A stretch of DNA of 49,069 nucleotides, counting the filler, from Catajapyx aquilonaris (taxonomy: Eukaryota): NCBI GenBank assembly GCA_000934665.2. It is 3 parts of 3 records of this genome, joined end to end, with 100 filler letters (N's around TTAATTAATTAA, not from the genome) between each part and the next. Parts side by side here need not be neighbours in the genome. Positions count along the whole stretch, not along the records: positions 32,801 to 49,069 come from JYFJ02007247.1; 2 more parts are not named here. One strand, 5' to 3'. A program made the translations under genes and the position numbers. The number at the start of each line of letters is the position of its first letter. The stretch's first letter is position 1. This document shows, in pieces, positions 33,416 to 45,496 of the stretch. The notes beneath the pieces were generated by a model. That model was not told where the DNA came from and ran no database searches. It saw only the letters and a program-made list of their open reading frames with translations.

Positions 33416-33667
33416 ATATCTCCGCCACGTGGGTCCCCCCGACCTCCGTCGCCAGTCGGCCATGGACGTGGTTCTGGGCCTGATCCCGCTGGACCCGGAC
33501 ACCTGGGCGGCCCTCCTGGCCTGGGAGGAGGCGGAGGAGGTGGTGGAGGCTGTGGGGGAGGGGGCGGCCCTCCTCCTCCCCCGACACCCCCCGTCCCCCC
33601 AAGCCTCTTTCCCCTCCCAACCACACCTGCAGCTGGCGGAGGCCTCCTTCCATCTGACCAGGTCTGC

Positions 33668-33702
<35 letters not shown>

Positions 33703-33746
33703 CCTTAACCTCCTCTGATGGTCCTCTCACCTGCACTACTCCCTGA
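33416..33746 (+). CDS. INPP5F: Putative alternative terminal exon of INPP5F/Sac2
   Basis: Pyrimidine-rich acceptor ..GCACAG|A in phase 2, the same phase as the main exon at 35490. Encodes RYLRHVGPPDLRRQSAMDVVLG, similar to RYYLNRFKDAYRQVAIDVMLG. Stop at 33744-33746. Confidence 0.6.
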
Positions 33747-35489
33747 TGGCTATATTTAAACCATTCCAACGCAGCCCAACCTGTGCAAATTTATATTCGT
33801 CCCCTTGCTCGAATCTATTCCTGTACACCCCCTTCCCCCCCCCCCCCTTCTAAAGTGAACGGCCTGGCCATTACAGACCTAAATAGGCTCATTTCCTGGT
33901 TCCAATGATTACCTCTCCCTCCCAACTCCTTCCCTTCACCTCATCCACCCACCCACCCACGCCCGACGTTGACCTTTCTCTCCCACCCAGCCAAGAGCTC
34001 AAGGCGTGCCATCCTGCCCATGTGTATGGATTGATGACTGACTGACGCACTTGATCGCTTTCCAAAAGCCTCACTTTCCAACTCCAGAGGCAAATCAATC
34101 TGATGTAACTCCTTACCAAGAGTGCAACTAATTAATTAGGTTGGGTATTACACGTGCTTCTCCATCACATCCGGCTTATTCCCGCGCGCTCATTAGAGGA
34201 AATGGTAAAGTGGCGAGGGGGCGGGAAACTTCGCCTATTAACTTGTTGACACTCCTTGCCCCCGTCTTGGCTCCATCGAGCAGGTTATATGCATGGGGTA
34301 GGTAATTGGCGGTAATAATAATCATCATCATCATCGTAAGGCACTCAACAAGAAGGTGGGTGGGTGGTATAGCAAATTTTGACATGATCTGCAGCGATCT
34401 TTCGTCTCTCCAGTATGATGTTTATCCTGTGTGTGGAGGGCAAACCTTCCGACTCCCCTGCGCAACGGGTGGCCCCACTTCCAGGATAACAGATCCTTCT
34501 CCCTTTCACCCTGGGACCTCTCTCATACTTCGGCTTCAGGAGGTGGGTGGGTGGGTGGGTGGGTGGGAAGGAGGATCTCCCTCTTCCTGCCCCCCTTTTC
34601 CATAACGTCATAGGCACTTCCGCCCACTCCTTAAAAAATTCGATTGTGCCAAAGCTGCTGGGTCCTGCCAGGGAGAGGAGGACCCGAATATGATGCATAT
34701 TTCAAGGATGATTTGGATGTCGGATGGGGCAATGTTTTTTTTAAAAAGGATTAATAATACTGGGGGAATGTGTGGTGGTGTGTGTTCACCCAGCCAGGAG
34801 CTCCCGGACTGGTTATATAACTCGAGCGTAAAACTTGCCTCCTTCCAATATTAGCTCTCGAGATATTATAGCGACGATGGATGAAGAAAGAAAGAAAGAG
34901 GAGCTGGGAATGTGTGTCCGAGATGAAAGAGGGAAGGGATGGGAGAGGGTGGGCATCGGAGATCCCCCCCCCCCCCCCCCTNCCTTTTCATTATTTTCTG
35001 ATGATGAATAGCCTCATATGTCTGGGACAAGATTGCATGGTGGCCCTCCTTTTCACGGGTCTGGATTCTTCCGGGAGACGTGAAAAGATATGGGGCTGCG
35101 AATTACGTCAGCACCCCCGAGGGAGGAAGGGAGAGGGTTGAATGAGGGGGCCACCCCATCCCAGCAGTCACATGTTACCTCCTTGGCTTCCTTCCTTCCT
35201 TCCTTCTTGGGGGAAACTAGGCGGGATTGCGCTCCAACCTATATAGTCGATACGGGGTCATGAAGGCAAGATTCTTTCTATACGCCTCTTTCCACCTCCT
35301 TGTTTACCCCCAAAATGTGCCCCCAGTTTGACCCCTGGGTGTCAAATGACCACCTCTTGCTCCTCCTTCCCGGACCATATGACGCATGCGCACTAGCCGA
35401 TAGTGATATATAGATAAGAAGACCAGAAGCAGGCCTCCTTTTTGTGTAATATGAAGCGATGAAGGGATTGTTGTGTCCGTTTGTCGCAG

Positions 35490-37893
35490 GTACTACCTGA
35501 ACCGGTTCAAGGATGCCTACCGACAGGTAGCCATCGACGTCATGCTGGGTCGCCCCGAGGCCGCCCTGGAGCTGAGCAGGGGGCGCGGGAGTGTGTCGAC
35601 GGCATCGGGAGGGGGGAAAGGAGGAGGAGGACAGACGTCGCCGCCGTCGTCGAGCGTCGGCAGCAGCAACTCGGTCGGGGGCGATGAGGAGACGGCGGCG
35701 ACGGCCGAGCGCGTCCGTCAGCTGGTGGAGGACTGCAAGAAGCAGCTGGTTCCCTCCCAGGAGCTGATCCTGGGCGCCTGGGGCCTGGTGGACGCCGACC
35801 CTGTGACGGGAGACCCGACGGAGACGGAGGTGGACGCCATCGTCATCCTGACCAGGGACTGCTACTACGTGGCCGAGTACGACCCGGAGGTGGACGCGGT
35901 CAGGGGGTACCAGAGGGTCGGGCTGGACGAGGTGGAGGAGCTGGAGCTGGGGCAGGTCGACTCGGGCGTCCCCTCCTCTGGGGCCGGCGTCGTCGGGGGC
36001 TTCCTCAGGGGAGCGTTGGGCGGGGGCTTCCACAGCAACAACTCGTCGTCGTCGGACGAGTGGACGGTGCTGAGGGTGGCCCACCGCTGGGAGGGGCAGG
36101 CCGGATACCTGCACACTTTTCGGTGCGCTCAGCTGAGGCTCTTCAACAACATGGCCGTCGCCGTCACGGGGAAGCAGGAGGCCGCAGAGGCTCTCAGGGT
36201 CGTCGCCGAGGCCTTCCTCCTTGCCCTACAGGTCTCTCTCCCTCTCCTTTACTCTATATACATAATCTGCTTTTTGACACTGCCTCACTAATTGGCAAGC
36301 TCGAGGGAGGAGATGGTGGTGCGCAACTACCGCTTTTGGTCGCACTCGGACGCTTGGCAGCCATCTTGGCAGTGGGACTAGTGCGACCAAGCCGGAGGCA
36401 TGCCGAGCGTGTTTCACCTCCACTTCACCGGCAGGGCCCCCAGATAAAGCGGTGAATACAAGGAAATATAATATCGAGACACCAGTTGGTTACGACGACC
36501 TGATGTAGACAACAACCAGCGCTTTTCTGGCCCCTAGACACGCTCAACGACCCATTTGCGAAGCCTCCTCTTCCGGCAGTGCACTCGTATCACTTGCATG
36601 AATCCTGATTCTCATGCAAGTGCGATCAAATGTGTGTGCCATTCTTACACATGACACTATACCGCACGCAGCTGTGACGGTCGAGCATACTTTTCCATTT
36701 CCGATGTCGCATGGGTTCCCACATGTGTCTAGGGGCAGGAAATACTGGTTGTCCTCGACGTCATTGCCAATTGGGCACTATGGACATTCTTTTTCACGTC
36801 TTGTTTTCACACTTGTTTTGGGCCGCTGAATTCACTGGCCACCGGATGGCATTTTCATCGCGTGCTGCACCATCTTTTCCTGCCCTGGTCTGTCATTGTG
36901 ATCATAACCCCTAGTTATATGTTATTCTTCACATGTGGGTGGGTTGATTGCCTTATGCAGATGAGCGGGCAGCAGGTGTCGCTTCACCAGGGCAAGTTGG
37001 CAAAGCGGAAGGGCAGGTCTCGGGCGCCCCCGAAGCCCCTAGTGACCCCTCTGCTGGACCTGCCCCGGCGCCTGCCCCTCCTCCCGCCCCTGATGCCCAT
37101 GCCCCCCATCACCCGGAACCTGTCCGAGGGCCAGCTCTCCAAGGCCTTCTCTTCCGTCGCATCCTCGCTCAGGCACAGCCTCAGACTCCCAGACTACGAA
37201 TCCAGGTAAGTCACTGCTATTCCATCACAATCATCCTGCCCACTGATTGGTGGGCACCAGTGTATATAGTTGGTGCTGCTCTACATGGAAATAAAAGTGG
37301 GATCCATTTTCGGGGGGAGATTATTATTTTCTTCTAGACCCGTTATCCAATGTGACTGCGCATCGTGCCAATAATGCTTGACCGGATTGTGTTGGTGTGG
37401 TTGCAGGGCCGACCCCCAGCCCGATGACGACCCCGGGCCACAGATGGGACTGCTGCCGCGAGGCGAGGGGGACGGGTCTGCTGGGCAGGGGGAGCAGCAG
37501 GCCCCGGAGATGGTGCTGGCCTCGTGCGGAATCCTAGCCCCGGGTCGCCCCTTGACCCCGGAGATCACGGTGGAGGACGCCACTACGGGGTCCACCCCGA
37601 CCGGGGGCGGCCCCCTGAGCACAGCCGAGCAGCGCTGCCTGGCTCTCGGGAGCAAGCTGTCCCGTTCCTCTGAGGAGGTGGCATCCTCCCTCTGCAGGTC
37701 AGGGGTCAAGGCCTCCCACTCGGCCCAGTCCGCCCTGGGTCGGCTGGCCAGGGGCGTGCAGAGCCTGGGGGCCAACCTGAGGGTGGCCCCGGGGCTGCCT
37801 TCCCCCTTGACGCCCACCGCTCCCCAGCCGGCCATCGACCCGGCCATCCGGGCCAGAATGGACCACTCCAGATCGAGGTTCATTTGCCTCTAG
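35490..37893 (+). CDS. INPP5F: Phosphatidylinositide phosphatase SAC2 (INPP5F), last three exons (35490-36231, 36961-37205, 37407-37893); hSac2 domain and C-terminus
   Basis: RYYLNRFKDAYRQVAIDVMLG and LGAWGLVDADP..EVDAIVILTRDCYYVAEYD..GYLHTFR..LRLFNN match Sac2/hSac2. Ends SRSRFICL. Splice phases are consistent. The catalytic Sac exons were not found in the window. Confidence 0.92.
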
Positions 37894-40598
37894 ACCAGTC
37901 ATTTCAACGAGCAACTGCAGACTTTGTGCTGTGCTGTGTTTATAGCTAGTCCATCCCACTTGTCCTTTCCTATACATCCACCTCCTCCTGCTAACAATAA
38001 GCCTCAGCTTGATATCTTGGAAGCTGCCGGCTCCACCCCCTTTTATTTCGGAAGGCAGCTCAGTCACTTTTATGCTGTTGTGTGTGTTTTTTTTAAATAT
38101 AGAAAAGTCTGGAAGAGGAGGGTGGTAGTAGGGGGTGAAGCCGGCTGCACTGCCAAGAATGCTTCACTCGTGTAGGTAGAGTGTACACCTACCTGTCTTG
38201 ATCACACTAGTCTCCACCAATGCTACACATAGTCCCAGGCCAGAAACCGTCAACCATCAAACCCCAAGTGTCCCACCCTCTTCGTGATAGCTGACAGACA
38301 ATACGTGCGTGTTTTCTTGCTGCAGTATATACATGGAAACGGGGGAAAGGCAGCCAGCCAGTCGACACGGAACCAATTGATGAAGGAACCAAAATGCCCA
38401 AAGAACCAATCACATATCCATCCATTCCCTGCTGCAGCCATTGCCAAACGAAAATATAATGATGTACGTTATTCCTACGAACGACTGCCAACGATACACA
38501 TTCACGTGACATGATTGGTTGGCTGCCATTCTAACCCTATATAATACCCACCACCCAACCACCTTGACTCCTCCTCCTCCTCCTCTTGCGGCCATTGGAA
38601 GGGGAGGAATGCACCCAAAGGAAGTTTGGTCCTGGATAATTCCATCCCATCGCCACAACACCTAGCTCCTAAAGACACATCCATCGAACCAGTATTTATT
38701 AGTATTAACGAGACTTCTTGAAACAAATTCTGTACATTCCATTGAGGGTGCGCTGGTAAATGCATGTGATTGTTGACGATTTCTAGCCGGCGGGCTCTGT
38801 GTCCCTGTTGTTGTTGATGTTGTTGTTGTTGTCGTTTATAACCCCGCAGTGAACCTTGAACCCCGCAGCGTTCGCCCCGGGGCCCTAGTGTGCCTTCGGT
38901 TGATCGCTACCGCAAGCGTACTCACGCCGCAGCAATAAATAAGTGAATATGTCGGTGAAGGCTATACTGATACATGAAGAGTTGCGCTGCACGTGCTTAC
39001 ACGGGAGCTTTGGACACCCTGGTTAGCCGAGGCGAAACATGGTCGTATTGGTGGGAGGTCATCTGTACCACCACCTTCCAGTGAAGGAGTGCCTTTCATC
39101 ATTCACAGCCCGTTAAAGTATCAGGAAGTAATCAGCGGCCACTCGCGATTGAACATATCAGACGACCAAAGCTGTCGATGCTGCTATACCCCACCGTTGT
39201 TTGCCGGGACGGATTCGATCGGAGCCTCTCTCCGGGCACTCACTTGTTGCTGTATTATTTGCATAGATCTCTGTTCGGCACCTGTCTATAGGAATGCTGA
39301 TACAACTATACCCATCACGTCCGCCATCCACAGGGCAACACCCCTCCCGTGTAAGCACTGCAACCAATCAGACAGACCGATGGAGAGAGGCATAAAGATT
39401 TTTTTGTAAAGAGAAGGAATACAAAGCAAGGCGAGGAAGTTGTAGTGAAACGAAATTGTCTCTTTGTGTTTAGCATGACGTGTAGCGGTATGCAGCAGAT
39501 CAACGTCGTTCTATAGTTTTGTAACTTGACAAAAAAAAAAAAAAAGTATTGTAACAGGTTCTGAAGCATGTATATAAATTTACTTCAGTCCCACGTCACA
39601 TTAGTACCTGCGCACCCAGCGTGTGTGTTTGTGTGCGCATCACCAGCAGCACATGCCCAGCACACGTCACGTTATAAATTCGCGTATGCACACACGTACA
39701 GTATGCTGTACATTCCCCCCTTCGCACGTATCATCGAGGATTCAAGTACAACGAGACGTGGCAATAGCACCGTATATATTCAGATTATCACGATTGATGA
39801 CGATGGTGACCTCCGCGGTACAAATGTATACAGCAGAAATGTACGGAGGGGTAGGTACAGTACCCTGCATTAATGGCCATGCACAGACATCGCCACCTGT
39901 CCAAGAACGAGTGGAAGTAGGCGTCGGTGGGCTGTGTCCAAAATACTTGGACAGCTCAAGATATCGCGGTTGATTCAAACGCTTGCTACAAAGATGGATC
40001 ACAGCGGATCACAGATATATCTGTGGGGTGAATTATAAGGCCATTACGATTCCTATCAATGTATTGAGGTTGTGAACCAGTTATTACACAGACCACGCGA
40101 ATTGCTGTTAATCCACCGAGATATCTTGATCCGTCTAGAGCGGTCTCGTGAGCAGTCTTGATCATCAAAGTATTTTTGGACACAGCCCACCGACGCCTAG
40201 TTCCGCTCAATCTGGCCAGGTGGCGATGTCTGTGCATAGCCATTAATGCAGGGTACTGTACCATATCTGCTGTCCCCGTACAGGGACCAGCCTGCACGGG
40301 CAACTCGACCTGCAAGTCGCAGCATAATTTATTACATGCGCGAGATGTTGTCTGGCATGCAGGCATCGTGCCGTGTAGATACCACGACCCACCTCGCCCC
40401 CGAACAATACAGTACTTAATTAACTGTCGTCGCCTTCATTAGGTGCAGTGGCCATTCGGAAGTCTGACTCGTGTGACTCGCCACTTTGCAGTGGTGCCTG
40501 CTTGGAATGTGTGTCAATTATTTATTACCGCTCATCAGTATGCGCTGCTTGTTCCTTGTCGAAGGAAACGTGCATGAGACAAGTGCGATTCACACACC

Positions 40599-40666
<68 letters not shown>
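40599..40666. repeat. (AAT)n microsatellite, ~22 units
   Basis: Direct inspection. Confidence 0.98.
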
Positions 40667-43600
40667 GACAACCACGTGGATGTAGGATGTACGCGTTGGA
40701 TTGTACGGTACACCTGTATGCTGAGCGTGTGACCTGTGACATATCATCCTTTGAAGTCAAAGTGCGTTCCTTTGTAGGCGTCATTTGCAAACTGAGACTG
40801 TAACATACGCAGCCTGGTGTGTATAGGCTCCCATCCAGCTGGAGAGCGGGTGGGTGGGTGGGTGGATGTATGCCGGTCGAGAGTACCTGTATTGCAAGTC
40901 ATGTACTAACATGCAAGAGTGGTGCTGCAGCGTCGAGAGAGCATCAGGAGCGGGCTATTTGAAACCGGACCCAGTGCAAGTACAGCCGCAGGCATGCAGC
41001 TTGAGTGTGCTTGCAGCTTAAGCAAGTAGACAGGCCCCAACTGATGCTTCTCTGTACTGTACTCGCCACTCTTTCTCTGCTTTCCGTGCTCGTCATTTGT
41101 GCGCATCAACTGCCAGTGGCTGAGCGACCAACACGGGGCCGTTACTAGCCAAATGTAATGGCGACGCTGATCAACCCGCCGCACTCGCATTTTGTTAGCA
41201 GCGGCCTCGTGTAAACGGGTCTTGGTACACAACCTCGCGATTATCATCATCTTGCCATATACGTACGACGCGTGTTGTGCTGTGTGTACCAGCATAGTAC
41301 TCGAAAGTAGACCGTGGCCTGTGTGCAGGATGTCTGCAACTCAGGCCCCAGCCAACATGCTGGGGCTCGGTGCAGCTATACACGTCCCCGCCTTCCCTGT
41401 ACTGTATACACATATACGCAAAAGTATTATTGTAAGCTTAGCGTGTGAATAGGCGCCTGTGTACTCCGAGTGTCATTGTGCATAGTGGGACCTTTCCATG
41501 TGCCCATTCCAGTCAGCTTTAATACACAGATCATGTATTTATAGGCTTTTAAGTCCGTGTTGTGCGCTGTGTTTCAAAGCCAAAGACATGTCCTTATTGT
41601 TATGGTTAAAATAACGACGGACGACTACGATTATTATAATAATTATAGACAGCTTGGTATAAAATAAAAGAGTGTTTGGCGCTAGCCAATCAAAGCCCAT
41701 ACAGAGGCTACATGCCCTGGTTATTTACTCCGTCCCTGCGCAATAACAATCCTGTTTGTTCCAGAGCCAGCATAGCATCGATCCATTTCCTTATACCGAT
41801 CTCTTATTATTTGACAATAAATGATTAGTATTGGCGTGCGTGCATGCTTGCTTGCTAGTATCCGTGGCCCCAGTCCCTTGTTGATCAGTTGAAGACCCTC
41901 GATGTCACCCTCATCATGCAGCGGGCATACTGCTGCACAGGGTGTTGGCGTCACGATTCAGACGAAATTGCAGGGCTCCCAGCAGCCTGATCTCCTGAGG
42001 ACTGCTGGGACTACTACTACTCATTTGCCAACCGGGTCACACCAACTTCCATAGATGATGTGCACCGGCGGTTATATTGTCACTGGCGGTTGCCGGACTA
42101 TAGTTAGGTACCTCCCAAAGTGATGCGTTATGTTCCATATGCTATACGTATATGCTGTTTACACCTTGTTCTCCCCTCCTGTCGATGGGAATTAAGCAGC
42201 ACCCGCCTTCCCCCGATTTTAATTAACCGTCGTTCGACTCACTGTGGAAGGTCGAGGGTCATTTGAGCGTGGCACTTTCCCAGCAAGTATATGCAAGGCC
42301 ATTAATGATGCGCCACTATTATTATTTCACCGATTAAATGGAGCGTATCGCGCCTGCTGCATACTGTGCTGCGACACGACTTGATGCTGTTGTGTATGGG
42401 AGGAGGAGATGAAAGGGCGGGAAGGGTGTATATATACTAAGCACAGGAGGGACATTAATAATAATCGATTCATTAACTTTGATCCTGGTCATTCGGCCGA
42501 CGCTTATCTGCTTTCAGCACCGTGGCATGTCCCACCATAGACCCTAAGCAGCACGCGGGAGGGGCCTTTCTCTCACTGTATACGACCATTCATTCATCAC
42601 AGAGCTCTCTCTATTCAATGGGAGGGAGGGAGGAGTATGCCTGATGCTTAATGACTTGATAAAGTAGCGATGATTCTGGCCATAGCCTCATTACGCCCAC
42701 TCGACTATGGCCACTGCCCCATTCCCTGACCTCCAACCTTCAACACTGGATGGCAAACGGAATGGTCCGAATAAGACCAAGGCCGTCACTCTCTCCTTGC
42801 AGGGGTCCGCGTGTTCATTCTTTGACACATGTGCCTCACTCCGGGACATATACAGCGACAAATACTGGATGGAGGTTGACTTTTGTTCCACCCGGTGGGT
42901 GATGGGTGTGGGCAGGCAGGCAGGCCCCTGGAGTTGTTGTTGCAATCGTCATATTTGCCAACAACCGTCGACAGCTCGGTTGAATTAATTTCTTAAAAGC
43001 AGGCTGACGTGGCTTTCATAAGGAACAGCATAGTGTATAGGCCAGTATATGCACTGATGGGGGTGTCTTTTTCCCTGCGAGTAGATGTCTCTGCCATTGG
43101 GTTCCTTCACATGAAGCAAAGCAAGTGCTTCGAAATATGTGGTGGGTGCTGGTGAATGTCGAGAACCCTATTTACACTTTGGATCGACGACGACCAATTC
43201 ATTCGTGCGCCTCCGCATCCTTCTTTGGAAAATCCCATTTTCTTTACTCATTTCTCCGCTATAATTGGCTAGAGTCGCGACATGAATAAGATGACATTTC
43301 AATCCGCCTCCACATTTATCTTAAGGTCACACAAGCTTCTGGGAGATTTGAATGGGTGATGGGTATTTGATGAAATTGGTAGCACTTTTTTCACGCGGAA
43401 GTGGAAGTGCAAGGTAACATTGGACTCGACGAAATTATGGTATTTTTTGTGTATACCATCATGGTACATCTGCCCCCACCCGTGCCCCACCCCTGACGTG
43501 GCGAGGCGGCTACCCCTCGCGCTACCTATATAGCTGCCTGGCCATTGACTTGACCTGAGCGGCTACTATTCCCAGCTACTAGCATTCTGGTAATCGGCTC

Positions 43601-44614
43601 AAGTTTGCACAAATTAATGTACCGTACTGCAAAGATAAGATTACGGAAAGAGCGATATAAATAATTGTGGATTGCATGGTATGTTTATTAGTGCTGAATA
43701 AGTGGAAAGTGGTGACATTATACATCAGATACATTACAGGTACATTACGATGCATTACAGCAGTTGCATTACATGTACGACAGTGATGGTCGCAATTCAA
43801 TTCGGACTTCATTCCAACGTGGTGAATGGAATAATGGTTGTTGATAACATTCTTACTTGAATGGATTTGAATTGTGTGCATTAAATTCCCTCCACCAGAG
43901 GAATTGAATATTGAGCTATGGATTCGTTGCATTCCGGAAATGAATTGACGTAGAAATAATTGTTTACAATTCTAAATTGACTCGACCTATGGAATTAGTT
44001 TTATTCGGAATTGAATTGGTTTATGGCATTGATCACAACATTGAATAAGTTATAAATCTTAATTTGTGCAACCAGACCTACAGGTAACAGATAAACCGCC
44101 AATGTTTATATTATACAACGTCTACAACAGTTAATCAGTATTATTGATTGACGTAATAAGTTACGAGTGTCTCATTTTCAATGAAATTTTGCACATAATG
44201 TAATTAAATATAAAGCACTAAATGATATCTATGTAATGGAATATTATGTTCAACACTGAAACTATGTAACTGTTATTGGTTGAACAAGGATAAATTGTGG
44301 ATACAAAAATACACAATCTCGAGGGTAGTAATAAGTAGTTAAATATACTTAAGGCGGCGATAAAGAAAATCCGGACTTCTTCGAGTTCCAACTCTGGCCG
44401 AAAGAGGAGACAGTGGATCCCACCCTCCCTACACAATAGAAGGGTCGCGTTTGCGGTTGACCATTCCCTCGAGGCACAATAAAAACCGTGGAAATTAGGG
44501 TTCCCCCAACTTCTAGTAGTTCTCAAATCAGTCAAATTTTGACAACATTATTATTTGCCGAAAGGTTATAGCTAAATACAGCCCCCTGACACAGCCCACC
44601 TACACGTATGGATA

Positions 44615-45496
44615 CGGTAGGTTAACGCCTGTGTCCTGGCCAGACGGCGCTGACGGCGGATGTCCCTCCATTCTCTGCCGCCATCTTGAAGACCCATTCC
44701 GGTTGGCTGGCAAGTCAATCTGCCTATATGGGTGGGTGCCGAAAAGAATATGCCGAAAAATAAGTACGGTACTGCTCGGTACTGCTAGCTACCTTTAGTC
44801 GTGTCTAAATAAAATAAATAGTACACTTACAACGCTCGGTAAATGTGCAGAAGGCATTCTGGACACACCAAAAATGTCAAGCGAGCAGGAGGTGATTGTA
44901 AAAGAGCACTGTAAGTGTACTATTTATTTCATTTAGACATGACTAAAGATAGCTAGCAGTACCGAGCAGTACCGTACTTATTTTTCGGCATAATTATATA
45001 TTTTTTTTGGCACCCACCCTTAGGCAGATTGACTTGCCAGCCAACCGGAATGAGTCTTCAAGATGGCGGCAGAGAATGGAGGGACCACGGTCATATAAGT
45101 AAGGTCTGGTCACTTCCACCCACCCCCTGCCGACGTGTTTTGCAGAAGTTGCTCACCTGAGAGCGCCATGAGACATTTCGGAGGCCAGGATAAGTGGTGA
45201 CCCTACCGGACTAGGCTGAACTTTATAGGTACGAAAGGGGAGGGCTACATGCTGGCCCAACATGGCCGCCGGCGGCCATGTTGGGCCCCCCAATGTAGCC
45301 CTCCCCTTTCGTACCTAGTCCGGTAGGGTCGCCACTTATCCTGGCCTCCGAAATGTCTCATGGCGCTCTCAGGTAAGCACCCGCTGCAAAATGCCTCGGC
45401 AGGTGATAACGCCAGAACGTAGTATAAGTGTCCGGGGGCTGGGAGGGACATTCGCCATCAGCGCCGTCTGGCCAGGACACAGGTGTTAACCTACCG
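44615..45496. mobile_element. 882-bp foldback element: ~55-bp outer TIRs enclosing two long internal hairpins
   Basis: TA|CGGTAGGTTAACGCCTGTGTCCTGGCCAGACGGCGCTG ... CAGCGCCGTCTGGCCAGGACACAGGTGTTAACCTACCG|TA. Hairpin 1 pairs 44663-44837 with 44904-45084. Hairpin 2 spans 45138-45390, centred on CATGGCCGCCGGCGGCCATG. Confidence 0.85.

Noticed and set aside
35278..36114. 278-aa minus-strand ORF
   Set aside because: It is the antisense shadow of the GC3-rich Sac2 exon.
40486..40803. Poly-Ile, poly-Leu and poly-Tyr ORFs
   Set aside because: They are translations of the (AAT)n microsatellite.
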